Shown here: positions 17,072 through 26,637 of the stretch, one piece after another
How positions within the stretch are numbered: position 1 is the stretch's first letter
Layout of the letters: every line of letters starts with the position of its first letter
Made by a program: the position numbers and the translations under genes
NCBI GenBank assembly: GCA_963826115.1
Contig: CAWGVS010000005.1
Coordinates: 128,001-192,000, forward strand
Length of the DNA: 64,000 bases
Direction of reading: 5' to 3'
Source of the DNA: an uncultured Candidatus Rokubacteria bacterium
GTDB lineage: Bacteria; Methylomirabilota; Methylomirabilia; Rokubacteriales; DASRDR01
Notes under the pieces: generated by a model
Databases searched by the model: none
Told to the model about the DNA's origin: nothing
Seen by the model: only the letters and a program-made list of their open reading frames with translations

Positions 17072-20000
17072 GTGGGGACGGCCCTGACCCGGGAGGCCTT
17101 CTCCCTCGAGGCGAAGTACCGTCTCGAGACCGGCCGCGTCTTCATGTCGGGCGTGCAGGCCCTCGTGCGCCTCCCCCTGGACCAGCATCGCGCGGACCGG
17201 CGCCGGGGCCTCGACACCGCGACGCTGATCTCGGGCTACCGGGGATCCCCCCTCGGCGGGCTCGACCAGACGGTGGAGCGGCACCGAGGCCTCCTGGCCG
17301 AGCACCAGGTCGTCTTCATCTCGGGCGTCAACGAGGACCTCGGCGCGACGGCGGTGCTGGGGAGCCAGCTGGCCCACCTGTACGGCGGCGCGCGCCACGA
17401 TGGCGTGCTCGGCATGTGGTACGGGAAGGCGCCCGGCGTCGACCGGAGCGGCGACATCCTCCGCCACGCCAACTTCTCCGGCGTGGGGCGGAACGGGGGC
17501 GTCCTCGCGCTCGCCGGCGACGATCCCCAGGCGAAGTCGTCGACGCTTCCCACCCATTCCGAGGTCGCCTTCTACGACTTCCAGATGCCCGTCCTGTTTC
17601 CCGGCAGCATCCAGGACATCCTGGACCTCGGCCGCCTGGGCTTCGAGCTGTCGCGCTACTCCGGGCTCTGGGTGGCGCTCAAGGTCGTGACCGACGTCGC
17701 CGACGCCGTCGGCACCGCCGAGGTCCATCCCGAGCGGGTGCGGATCGTGGACCCCGGCTTCGTCCACGACGGGCGGCCGTGGGAGATCCGCCAGCTGCCG
17801 GGCCTCCTGCCCCCGTACACGCTCGAGGCCGAGCGCGACATCGTGTACGGGCGCCTCGAGGCCGCGCGGGCGTTCGCCGTCGCCAACGGGATCAACCGGA
17901 TCACCGTGGACACGCCGGGCGCGTGGCTCGGCATCGCCTCGGCCGGGAAGACGTACTACGACCTCCGCCAGGCGCTGACCGACCTCGGGCTGGACGACGC
18001 CGCCCTCCGGCGCCACGGCATCCGGCTGCTGAAGCTGGGGATGCTCTATCCGCTCGAGCGCGGGATCGTGCGGGAGTTCGCCCGCGGGCTCGAGGAGCTG
18101 CTCGTGGTCGAGGAGAAGCGCGGCTTCGTGGAGCTCCTGCTGCGCGAAGCGCTCTACGACCTCGCCGACCGTCCGCGCATCGTGGGGAAGCGGGACGAGG
18201 CGGGGCAGGTCCTCGTGCAGGCCGACGGGGAGCTCGACGCCGATCTCGTCGCGCGGGTCGTCGCCCGCCGCCTCGAGCGCCGGGTCGCCCTCGACTCGGC
18301 GCGGGCGCGCGTCGCGGTCATCGAGGCCGCGCGGGAGCGACCGATCTCGCTGACCCTGGCCCGCCCGCCGTACTTCTGCTCGGGTTGTCCCCACAACCGG
18401 TCGACCGTCGTGCCCGAGGGCTCGATGGCCGCGGGCGGGATCGGCTGCCACGGCCTCGCGATGAACATGGGCCGGAACGTCATCGGGATCACCCAGATGG
18501 GGGGCGAGGGCGCCCAGTGGGTGGGCCTCGCGCCGTTCGTCGACGTGCCCCACCTCTTCCAGCAGCTCGGCGACGGCACGCTCTTCCACTCGGGCTCGCT
18601 CGCGATCCGCCAGGCGGTGGCCGCGGGTACCCATGTGACCTACAAGATCCTGTACAACTCCGCGGTCGCGATGACGGGTGGCCAGGACGCCGCCGGCGCC
18701 CGGCCGGTGCCGGACCTCACGCGGCAGCTGGACGCGGAGGGCGTGCGGCGCATCCTGGTGCTGACCGACGAGCCCGAGAAGTATCCGACGGGGGCGCGCT
18801 GGGCGCCCGGCGTCGAGGTGTGGCACCGGGACCGCCTGGACGAGGCGCAGCGGATCCTGCGCGAGCTGCCCGGGGTCACCGCCCTCATCTACGACCAGCG
18901 CTGCGCGGCCGAGAAGCGCCGCCTCCGGAAGCGCGGCAAGCTGCCCGATCCCGCGATGCGCGTGGTCGTCAACGAGCTGGTGTGCGAGGGGTGCGGCGAC
19001 TGCGGCGTGAAGTCGAACTGCCTGTCCGTGCAGCCGGTCGAGACGGAGTTCGGCCGCAAGACCCAGGTCCACCAGTCGTCCTGCAACAAGGACTACTCGT
19101 GCCTCCGGGGCGACTGCCCGTCCTTCCTCACCGTCGTGCCGGCGGCCGGGCCGCGGCCGAAGGCGCGGAAGCGCTACGTCGTGGACCGGGAGATCGCCGA
19201 GCCCGCGCTTCGCGTGCGGCGGACGGCGGGTCTCTTCCTCATGGGGATCGGCGGCACCGGCGTCGTGACCGTGAACCAGATCCTCGGCACGGCCGCGCTC
19301 CTCGACGGCAAGCACGTCGCGGGTCTCGACCAGACGGGGCTCAGCCAGAAGGGCGGGCCGGTCGTCTCGCACCTCCGCATCGGCGAGAGCGAGGCGGACG
19401 TCGCCGGGAAGGTCGGGGTCGCGGAGGCCGACGCCTACCTCGGGTTCGACCTGCTCGTCGCGACCGCGGCGCCCAACCTCCTCCGCGCCCGGCCGGATCT
19501 CACGATCGCGGTCGTGTCCACCACCCAGGTGCCGACCGGCGCGATGGTGGCCTCGACCGACGTCGCGTTCCCCGACCCCGGCGGGCTCCTGGCCGCCGTG
19601 AACCGCGTCACGCGGAAGGACGAGAACGTGTTCGTGGACGCGGTCGGCCTCGGGGAGGCGCTCTTCGGGGACCACATGGCCGCCAACATGATCCTGCTGG
19701 GCGCGGCGTACCAGGCGGGCGCGATCCCGGTGCACGGCGCGGCGATCGAGGAGGCCATCGCGGTCAACGGCGTCCAGGTCGAGATGAACACCCAGGCCTT
19801 CCGCGTCGGGCGGCTCCTCGTCGCCGACCCCGGCTGGGTCGCCACCGTGCAGCGGACCCGGGCCGGGGCCGTCGACACCCGCGCGGCGCTCGACGCGCCC
19901 GCGCGCACCCTGGTCGACGCCGCGGGCGCGAGCGGCGAGCTGCGGCGGCTCCTCGAGGCGAGGGTCCCGGAGCTGATCGCCTACCAGGACGAGGCCTACG

Positions 20001-20548
20001 CGCGCGCCTACGTGGACTTCGTCCGGAAGGTCGCCGAGACGGAGCGCGCGGCGGTGCCCGGCGAGACGCGCGTCGCCGAGGCGGTGGCGCGGTACCTCTA
20101 CAAGCTCATGGCCTACAAGGACGAGTACGAGGTGGCGCGGCTCCACCTTCGTCCCGAGGTCCGCGCGTCGATCGAGGCGGAGCTCGGGCCGGCCGAGGTG
20201 CGCTACCAGCTCCACCCGCCGATCCTCCGGGCGCTGGGCATGCAGCGGAAGCTCTCCCTCGGTACGTGGGTGGAGCCGCTCTTCCGGCTGCTGGTCGCGA
20301 TGCGTCGTCTCCGCGGCACCCCGCTCGACCTGTTCGGGCTCGCGCGAGTCCGCCGGATCGAGCGAGCCCTCGTCGCCGAGTACCGGACGATGGTCGAGCG
20401 GACGCTCCGCGACCTCTCGCCGGACCGCCACGAGCGCGCGCTCAGCATCGCGCGCCTGCCCGACCTCGTCCGCGGCTACGAGGACGTCAAGCTCCGCAAC
20501 GTCCAGCGGTTCCGCGAGGAAGCGCGGGCCCTCGGGGCCCAGGGCTGA
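17072..20548 (+). CDS. Indolepyruvate:ferredoxin oxidoreductase family (fused alpha/beta)
   Basis: SGYRGSPLGG, WYGKAPGVDRSGD, YFCSGCPHN, CEGCGDCG..SNC, GIGGTGVVT, YKDEYEVARL. Confidence 0.95.
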   Translation: MGTALTREAFSLEAKYRLETGRVFMSGVQALVRLPLDQHRADRRRGLDTATLISGYRGSPLGGLDQTVERHRGLLAEHQVVFISGVNEDLGATAVLGSQLAHLYGGARHDGVLGMWYGKAPGVDRSGDILRHANFSGVGRNGGVLALAGDDPQAKSSTLPTHSEVAFYDFQMPVLFPGSIQDILDLGRLGFELSRYSGLWVALKVVTDVADAVGTAEVHPERVRIVDPGFVHDGRPWEIRQLPGLLPPYTLEAERDIVYGRLEAARAFAVANGINRITVDTPGAWLGIASAGKTYYDLRQALTDLGLDDAALRRHGIRLLKLGMLYPLERGIVREFARGLEELLVVEEKRGFVELLLREALYDLADRPRIVGKRDEAGQVLVQADGELDADLVARVVARRLERRVALDSARARVAVIEAARERPISLTLARPPYFCSGCPHNRSTVVPEGSMAAGGIGCHGLAMNMGRNVIGITQMGGEGAQWVGLAPFVDVPHLFQQLGDGTLFHSGSLAIRQAVAAGTHVTYKILYNSAVAMTGGQDAAGARPVPDLTRQLDAEGVRRILVLTDEPEKYPTGARWAPGVEVWHRDRLDEAQRILRELPGVTALIYDQRCAAEKRRLRKRGKLPDPAMRVVVNELVCEGCGDCGVKSNCLSVQPVETEFGRKTQVHQSSCNKDYSCLRGDCPSFLTVVPAAGPRPKARKRYVVDREIAEPALRVRRTAGLFLMGIGGTGVVTVNQILGTAALLDGKHVAGLDQTGLSQKGGPVVSHLRIGESEADVAGKVGVAEADAYLGFDLLVATAAPNLLRARPDLTIAVVSTTQVPTGAMVASTDVAFPDPGGLLAAVNRVTRKDENVFVDAVGLGEALFGDHMAANMILLGAAYQAGAIPVHGAAIEEAIAVNGVQVEMNTQAFRVGRLLVADPGWVATVQRTRAGAVDTRAALDAPARTLVDAAGASGELRRLLEARVPELIAYQDEAYARAYVDFVRKVAETERAAVPGETRVAEAVARYLYKLMAYKDEYEVARLHLRPEVRASIEAELGPAEVRYQLHPPILRALGMQRKLSLGTWVEPLFRLLVAMRRLRGTPLDLFGLARVRRIERALVAEYRTMVERTLRDLSPDRHERALSIARLPDLVRGYEDVKLRNVQRFREEARALGAQG

Positions 20549-20567
20549 CACGGGGGCCGGCGGACAC

Positions 20568-21458
20568 ATGGACCTGCGCCAGATGGAGGTGTTCGCCGGC
20601 GTGTACGAGCTCCGGAGCTTCTCGCGGACGGCGTCGGCGCTCCGCCTGACCCAGTCCACGGTGAGCGAGCACGTGCGGCTCCTCGAGGAGGAGCTGGGGA
20701 CGCGGCTGTTCGACCGGCTGAGCCGCGAGACCGTCCCCACGCGCGCCGGCGAGCTCCTCTACGGCTACGCGCGGCAGATGCTCGCGCTCCGGACGGAGGC
20801 TCGCCAGGCCCTCGATCAGTTCCTCGGGCAGATCACGGGGACGCTGATCATGGGCGCGAGCACGATTCCCGGCGAGTACGTCCTGCCGGCGGTGATCGGC
20901 CGCTTCCGCGAGCGGCACCCCCGGGTGTCGATCACCCTCCAGATCTCGGACACCCGGGGCATCGTCCAGGCCGTGCTCGATGGTCAGGTCGACGCGGGGG
21001 TGGTCGGGGCCGACCCCGCCAACCGCGGGCTGGAGACGCGGGCGCTCATGCCCGACGAGCTCGTGCTCGTGGTGCCGCCAGACCACCGGTGGAAGGATCG
21101 GTCGGAGGCCACGATCGACGAGCTGCGGACCGAGCCGCTGATCGTGCGCGAGCCCGGCTCGGGCTCGCGGCAGGCCTTCGAGGACGCGCTGGGAGCGGCG
21201 GGCCGGAGCCTCGGCGAGATGCAGGTCATCGCCGAGATGGGCTCCACGAGCGCGATCAAGCAGGCGGTCAAGGCGGGCGTCGGCGTGTCCGTCATGTCGA
21301 GCCGGGCGGCCGAGGACGAGTGCCGTCACGGCCTCCTGGCCTGCGTCCGGCTGAAGGACCTCGCGGTGACGCGACACTTCTACGTCATCACGCACGCCAG
21401 CCGATCGCGCTCGCCGCTCTGCCGCGCCTTCCTCGACTTCCTGCAGGGTCCCGCGTAG
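20568..21458 (+). CDS. LysR-family regulator (CysL-like / selenium-metabolism-associated type)
   Basis: HTH SFSRTASALRLTQSTVSEHVRLLEEELG; GASTIPGEYVLP and REPGSGSR are typical of the CysL-like subgroup. Confidence 0.9.
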   Translation: MDLRQMEVFAGVYELRSFSRTASALRLTQSTVSEHVRLLEEELGTRLFDRLSRETVPTRAGELLYGYARQMLALRTEARQALDQFLGQITGTLIMGASTIPGEYVLPAVIGRFRERHPRVSITLQISDTRGIVQAVLDGQVDAGVVGADPANRGLETRALMPDELVLVVPPDHRWKDRSEATIDELRTEPLIVREPGSGSRQAFEDALGAAGRSLGEMQVIAEMGSTSAIKQAVKAGVGVSVMSSRAAEDECRHGLLACVRLKDLAVTRHFYVITHASRSRSPLCRAFLDFLQGPA

Positions 21459-21481
21459 CCGCGTCGCGGCGCCGAAACGAG

Positions 21482-21515
21482 CGACGCCCCGGAAGGCGTG
21501 CCTCCCGGGGCGTCG
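21482..21515. terminator. Hairpin between convergent genes
   Basis: CGACGCCCCGG...CCGGGGCGTCG 11-bp inverted repeat. Confidence 0.5.
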
Positions 21516-21542
21516 GGGTCGCGCGGCGCGAGAGCGCGGGCG

Positions 21543-22625
21543 CTAGAGCGAGATCTCCCGCGACCTGATCGCGTAGCGGAACGTGTCGGGGTCGAGGCAG
21601 TCGAGCCGCGTCGCCGCGGTCTCGGCCTGCGGGTACATGAGGAAGGCCACCGGGGCGCCGGGCGAGCCAGGCAGCCTGAGGTCGTGGGCGTAGTTGTAGG
21701 CGAGCCAGTTCATCTCCCAGGCGCCGAACAGCTTGGCCCGCGCCTTCAGCACCTGCGGATCGTCGAGGGGGAGGCCGCCGGCCTTCTCCTCGAGGACGAC
21801 CTTGCGGACATCGGCGGGGTCCACCGGCACCCAGCCGTGGCCGGCGGCGTAGAACTCGGCCCGGCAGTGCTGGGCCTTCGTGATGTCGCCGCTTCTCCCG
21901 AGGCTCTTGAAGTCCGCCGAGTCGGCGACGCGGATACCGTAGACGTCCCGGGCGGGGATGCCCAGCGACCGCGCGAAGCCGACGAACAGCGCGTTCAGGT
22001 CCGCGCACTTGCCGCCGAGGTTCCGAGTCTCCAGCATCGTCTTGATGTCGCCGAGCCCGCACCCCCGGACCTTCGCGTCGCGGAAGGTGTTGTCGACGAT
22101 CCACTCGTAGAGGGCGCGGGCCTTCTCCACGTCGGTCCGGGCGGCCTTCGTGATCTCCCGCGCGGTCTCGGCGACGATGCCGTCCGTGGGGATGAGGTCG
22201 GTCGCCTGGAGATAGCGGCGGAGCGCGGCCGGGTCCTCGACCGCGCCGGCACCCGGGCCGCTCAGGTCCACCTTGCGGTCGCGCGTGGCGATCCGGCTGA
22301 CCACCTCGAGGACCGGTCCCGTCGTGCCGGCCGGCCACTCGGCGACCACGAAGCCGGCGTCATACCGCGGATCGCGGACGGCGTCCGCGCTGACCGCGTT
22401 CCCGGTCCACGTGCGCCCGAGGGTCCGGTGGTAGTCGGTGTCCTCGGAGAGGGGCAAGGGCACCCACGCCCGGGTCACGCCGGAGGGCGCGGCGATCTCC
22501 ACCCGGGTCGTGACCTCGAAGGTCCGCCACCGGCCGGCGTCCGCCGCCCAGACGGCGGGAAGCCTGGCGAAGCCTGCGGCCATCGAGGTCAGAGCGGTCG
22601 TCCTGAGAAACGCGCGTCGGTTCAT
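21543..22625 (-). CDS. Tat-exported transglutaminase-like protein
   Basis: MNRRAFL Tat signal; GGKCADLNALF (Cys), QHCRAEFY (His), WVPVDP (Asp); AAGGAGG RBS. Confidence 0.9.
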   Translation of the reverse strand: MNRRAFLRTTALTSMAAGFARLPAVWAADAGRWRTFEVTTRVEIAAPSGVTRAWVPLPLSEDTDYHRTLGRTWTGNAVSADAVRDPRYDAGFVVAEWPAGTTGPVLEVVSRIATRDRKVDLSGPGAGAVEDPAALRRYLQATDLIPTDGIVAETAREITKAARTDVEKARALYEWIVDNTFRDAKVRGCGLGDIKTMLETRNLGGKCADLNALFVGFARSLGIPARDVYGIRVADSADFKSLGRSGDITKAQHCRAEFYAAGHGWVPVDPADVRKVVLEEKAGGLPLDDPQVLKARAKLFGAWEMNWLAYNYAHDLRLPGSPGAPVAFLMYPQAETAATRLDCLDPDTFRYAIRSREISL

Positions 22626-22687
22626 GTCGCTGGCCCTCCTTGAGGCACTCGGTGTCCCGGCCACGCTAGTGTGACGAGCCCGAGCAT

Positions 22688-22733
22688 ATTCGGGATTCCC
22701 TATGAGCACAAATCGGAATTCACGATGAGCACA
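22688..22733. promoter_or_regulatory. Tandem LysR-type operator (two 23-nt repeats with T-N11-A)
   Basis: ATTCGGGATTCCCTATGAGCACA / AATCGGAATTCACGATGAGCACA (19/23 identical); the second contains the palindrome ATCG-N7-CGAT. Confidence 0.6.
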
Positions 22734-22770
22734 CGCGCAACTCATCGGAATCGGGCGGACCGGGACCGCC

Positions 22771-23316
22771 TCAGGAGTCCTTCTGGAGGAGTGCCTCGAG
22801 GAAGGCGTGACCCTGGGGGCCATCCCATTCGCGGGCCCCTTGGGCCGAGTAGAGCGGCACGCCGGTCCGGCTCAGGACGACGGTGGAGGGAAGCGCCCAG
22901 ACGCGGAAGAGGCGGGCCACGCTCTGCTGCGGGTCCAGCCCGACCGGGAAGGTGAGGCCGTGGCGCTTCAGATAGGTACGCACTGCGGACGCGCCTTCGC
23001 GGTCCACCGACAGCGCGAGCACCACGAGGCCGCGGTCCCGGTAGGCTCGCGAGATGCGCTCCATGGCCGGCATCTCTTCGAGGCACGGCTCGCACCAGGT
23101 GGCCCAGAAGTTCAGGAGGACCACCTTGCCCCGGAGGTCGCCGATCGCGATCGTGCCCCCGTCCGGCGTGGCCGCGGTGAACGGCGTGGCCGGCCCGCTG
23201 CCGCCGAGCCGCGTGAGCGAGAGGACGTCCGCGGGCCCCTCGGCCCGGGCCGTCGCCACCGCCAGCAGACCGAGCGCCAGCGCGCGCGCGGCGAGACGGA
23301 CGGCGCGGCGTCTCAC
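22771..23316 (-). CDS. TlpA/ResA-type thiol-disulfide reductase
   Basis: Signal/anchor, GKVVLLNFWATWCEPCLEEMP, LPST; start estimated at GTG 23316. Confidence 0.9.
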   Translation of the reverse strand: MRRRAVRLAARALALGLLAVATARAEGPADVLSLTRLGGSGPATPFTAATPDGGTIAIGDLRGKVVLLNFWATWCEPCLEEMPAMERISRAYRDRGLVVLALSVDREGASAVRTYLKRHGLTFPVGLDPQQSVARLFRVWALPSTVVLSRTGVPLYSAQGAREWDGPQGHAFLEALLQKDS

Positions 23317-23353
23317 GCGGAAGCCGGCGCCGGGGGTCCCGAGAGACCCCGGG

Positions 23354-24229
23354 TCACCGGGCGGCGCGGAGGCGGGGCAGGACGTCCGCGGCGACGCGCT
23401 CGAGGACCGGGAACTGCTCGGGCCCCGGGGCGTCGACGATGAACTCGTTGACGCCAGCCTCACCGTATCGGCCCACCATCTCCTCGAACGCCCCCACGCT
23501 GGACCAGGGATCGGCGAGCCCCTGCTCCTTCATCTTCGACGCCCACCCGTAGAACGACCGCCAGATGGCGCCCGGGTCCCGGCCGATCGCCCGGCAGTGC
23601 TCGTCGAGAACCTGGTTTCGCTCGCGCATCTCCTGAACGGTCCCGAACGAGTTCCAGGAGTCCGCGTACTCCGCGCAGATCCGGAGCATGCGCGACTTGT
23701 GGGCGCCGAGGGTCAGCGGGGGCCGCGGCCGCTGGATGGGGCTCGGGCGAACGTGGGCGTCCTTCAGCCGGTAGTACTTCCCCGCGAACGTGACGTGGCC
23801 ATGGCGGAGGAGCCCGTCGACGATCTGCACGGCCTCGTGGAACCGCCCCACCAGCTCCCCGGGCGGCGCGAGCGTGATGCCGAACTGCTCGTGCTCCGGC
23901 ACGAACCATCCGGCGCCGATTCCGAGCTCCAGCCGGCCATTCGAGATGTGATCGACGGTCATCGCCTCGTGGGCGAGGAGGCCGGGATGGCGGAACGTGT
24001 TGGAGCTGACCAGCACGCCGATGCGGATGCGTGACGTCCGCGCGGCCAGCCCGGCGAGCAGCGTCCACCCTTCGTAGTACGGCCCGGTCGGGCGGCTCGG
24101 CTGGTTGAAGTGGTCGCAGTCCCACGCGCTGTCGAAGCCCAGCCGCTCGAAGTACTGCCAGCGCTCGACGTTGACGTCGAACGGGAGGTTCTGATCGGTG
24201 CACAGGCCGAAGCGCATCCCACGGGGCAT
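23354..24229 (-). CDS. LLM-class flavin-dependent oxidoreductase
   Basis: GFDSAWDCDHF, EGWTLLAGLAARTSRIRIG, DHISNGRLELGIGAGW, PIQRPRPP; GGAGG RBS. Confidence 0.92.
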   Translation of the reverse strand: MPRGMRFGLCTDQNLPFDVNVERWQYFERLGFDSAWDCDHFNQPSRPTGPYYEGWTLLAGLAARTSRIRIGVLVSSNTFRHPGLLAHEAMTVDHISNGRLELGIGAGWFVPEHEQFGITLAPPGELVGRFHEAVQIVDGLLRHGHVTFAGKYYRLKDAHVRPSPIQRPRPPLTLGAHKSRMLRICAEYADSWNSFGTVQEMRERNQVLDEHCRAIGRDPGAIWRSFYGWASKMKEQGLADPWSSVGAFEEMVGRYGEAGVNEFIVDAPGPEQFPVLERVAADVLPRLRAAR

Positions 24230-24308
24230 TCCCGACCTCCGGAGCGAGGGTGACGGACGCCGGAGCGCGTCTCCAGCCTCCGAGTATGAGAGGCGGGGCG
24301 CGGGAGCG

Positions 24309-24575
24309 TCAATCGGCCCGGTGGGGGGCTTGCTTCTCCTTGCGGATGAACTCGATGAGGCGCTGCGTCAGCTCCGGGGGGATGTCGTCGGCTTGCAGCG
24401 TGCGCGCCATGTGCACCGTGTTGCGGTAGGTGTTGACGAACGTCACGCAGGGTGGACAGAGGTCCAGGTGGATCTCAAGCGCCCTGGCGCGCTCGAGCGG
24501 CAGCTCGCCCGAGATGTAGTCCACGAGGAGCTCCACGCACTCGTCGCAGCGCGCCACGTGGGGGATGAGTTCCAC
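24309..24575 (-). CDS. Zinc-finger (zf-HC2/ZAS) anti-sigma-like protein
   Basis: CDECVELLVDYISGEL...HLDLCPPC (HxxxCxxC). Confidence 0.85.
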   Translation of the reverse strand: MELIPHVARCDECVELLVDYISGELPLERARALEIHLDLCPPCVTFVNTYRNTVHMARTLQADDIPPELTQRLIEFIRKEKQAPHRAD

Positions 24576-24789
24576 GCTCCGTCGCTCTCCTCCGGCCCGG
24601 CGGCCGCTCTGGCCCGAGCCGCCCTGATCGTAACACGGGGGTCCCGGGGGGGCGTCCGGCCGGCCCGGCCGGGGTCCACCCTGTTCATGAGACGGCCCGG
24701 GCGGGCGAATGGGTGCGGGGCCGCGGCGCGGGCCGGCCCCTGGGAGCGGCCCGTCGACTCCGCTATCATGGCGTCTCGAGGAGGCCGCC

Positions 24790-25248
24790 ATGGCGCTCAA
24801 GAAGCTCGGCCACGTGGTCCTCAAAGTCCGCGACCTCGACCGGTCCGAGGCGTTCTACACGGGCGTCCTCGGTCTGGCGGTGACCGGGCGGATGCCCGGG
24901 CGCATGGTGTTCTTCGCCGTGCCCGGCAACCCCGACTCGCACGACCTCGGTCTCTGGAAGGTGGGGGCGGACGCGGCAGCGCCCGCGCCGAAACAGGTCG
25001 GCCTGTTCCACGTCGCGTGGCAGGTCGAGCGCGAGGAGGACCTCCGGACGTTCCACGACTCGCTTGCGGCACGGGGGATTCCCGTCCAGCTCACGATGGA
25101 CCACGGCGCGAACCTGTCCGTGTACTTCGAGGACCCCGACGGGAACATGCTCGAGGTCACGTACGAGAAGCCGCGCGAGACGTGGCCTCCTGGCCAGAAC
25201 CCGTTCGCTGGCCGCGAGCCCCTGCCGTTCCAGGCCGCGCCCCGCTGA
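24790..25248 (+). CDS. VOC/glyoxalase family protein
   Basis: LGHVVLKVRDLDRSEAFY, HDLGL, GLFHVAW, SVYFEDPDGNMLE; GAGGAGG RBS. Confidence 0.9.
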   Translation: MALKKLGHVVLKVRDLDRSEAFYTGVLGLAVTGRMPGRMVFFAVPGNPDSHDLGLWKVGADAAAPAPKQVGLFHVAWQVEREEDLRTFHDSLAARGIPVQLTMDHGANLSVYFEDPDGNMLEVTYEKPRETWPPGQNPFAGREPLPFQAAPR

Positions 25249-25265
25249 CCCGCGAGACCGCCGAG

Positions 25266-26624
25266 ATGGAGCCCGTGCTCGCAGCCCTCGCCCGCTTCGT
25301 GGTCGCCACCTCCGAGGTCTCCGTTCCCGACGAGGTGCGCGAGCACGCGGCGCTGGTCGTCGCCGACACCGTGGGCGCGATCGTCGGCGGGAGCCAGGAG
25401 CCGGAGATCCAGCGGCTCCACGCCGGCGCCGACCGCGCGGCCGGGCCCGCGACCGTGCTGGGGGCGGGCTTTCCTCGCGTCGAGCCCTGGTGGGCGATCG
25501 TGTCCAACGGTCTCGCGGGCACCATGCTCGAGCTGGACGAGGGCAATCGCTACGCGCTCGGGCACCCCGGGATCCACGTGTTCCCCGCGGCGCTGGCCGA
25601 GGCCGAGCGCCTCGGCCGGTCCGGCGGCGCCTTCCTCGCCGCGTTCACCGTGGGCTACGACGTCGCGGCGCGGCTGGGGGGCGGCGCGCCGGTCCGTCCC
25701 GTGATGCACATGCACGGCGTCCACGGCGCCGTGGGCGCGGCCGCCGCCGTCGCCTGCCTGCGTGAGCTGGACGAGGGCCTCACCGCCCGGGCGCTCGGGG
25801 TCGCGGCCGGACTGACGCTCCAGACGTCGTGGCGGACCGCCCTCGGAGGCGCCACCGTGCGGAATGCCTACGCGGGAGTCGCCGGCGCGAACGGCTGGCT
25901 CGCGGTCGACCTGGCGATGGCCGGGCTCACGCCCTTGCCCGACATGTTGTCCGAGATCTTCGGGCGGATCGCCGGCGCCGGGCTCGACGCCGCGTTCGTC
26001 CTGGACGGCCTCGGCGAGCGCTTCGAGATCGGCCGCAACTACTTCAAGCGCTACGCCTGCTGCCGGTACAACCACCCCGCGGTGGAGGCGCTGGAGGAGA
26101 TCCTCGCCGAGACGCCGATCGCTCCCGACCGGGTGGTGTCCATCCACGTGGCCGCGTCCGCGCGCGGCGCGACCATGAGCGAGCGTGAGCCGGTGGGCGC
26201 GCTCGGGGCGAAGTTCTCGATCCCGTACGCGCTGGCCGTCCGCCTCGTGCGGGGCGGCTGCGGAGTCGACGCGTTCCGCGAGCCGGCGCTCTCGGACGTG
26301 CGGGTGCGCGCGCTCGCGCGGCGCGTCGAGGTTGTCGAGGACCCCGCGCTCACCGCGCTCGTGCCGCGCGCCCGTCCCGCGCGGGTGGAGGTCCGGCTCG
26401 ACGACGGGCGCGCGCTCGTCCGCCAGGTGGACCAGCCGTCGGGCGAGTACGACCGCTCGTATTCCGAGGCTCTCCTTCGGGAGAAGTTCGTCGAGCTGGC
26501 CGCGCCCGACCTCGGGTCGGCGGGCGCGGCGTGGGACCTGTGCCGGCGCACGGCCGAGCTCAAGACGGCCCGCGAGCTCACCGACGGTCTCCGGGGGCTC
26601 GCCGCCACCCGGCATCCTCACTGA
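25266..26624 (+). CDS. MmgE/PrpD family protein
   Basis: ELDEGN..GHPG, YFKRYACCRYNH, AKFSIPY. Confidence 0.9.
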   Translation: MEPVLAALARFVVATSEVSVPDEVREHAALVVADTVGAIVGGSQEPEIQRLHAGADRAAGPATVLGAGFPRVEPWWAIVSNGLAGTMLELDEGNRYALGHPGIHVFPAALAEAERLGRSGGAFLAAFTVGYDVAARLGGGAPVRPVMHMHGVHGAVGAAAAVACLRELDEGLTARALGVAAGLTLQTSWRTALGGATVRNAYAGVAGANGWLAVDLAMAGLTPLPDMLSEIFGRIAGAGLDAAFVLDGLGERFEIGRNYFKRYACCRYNHPAVEALEEILAETPIAPDRVVSIHVAASARGATMSEREPVGALGAKFSIPYALAVRLVRGGCGVDAFREPALSDVRVRALARRVEVVEDPALTALVPRARPARVEVRLDDGRALVRQVDQPSGEYDRSYSEALLREKFVELAAPDLGSAGAAWDLCRRTAELKTARELTDGLRGLAATRHPH

Positions 26625-26637
26625 TCCGGAGGGACGC

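Noticed and set aside
16769-17074. The fmdB TGA is in frame with the downstream IOR gene with no intervening stop, suggesting Sec read-through or fusion
   Set aside because: A terminator-like hairpin lies between them, IOR has its own GGAGG RBS, FmdB ends at its usual Cys-rich tail, and open frames are common at this GC content
15959-20740. Very long antisense or alternate-frame ORFs (also 34927..38679, 34785..39038, 41613..45446, 57173..62977 upstream part)
   Set aside because: Arg/Pro/Gly-rich shadow ORFs overlapping well-supported genes, expected in high-GC DNA
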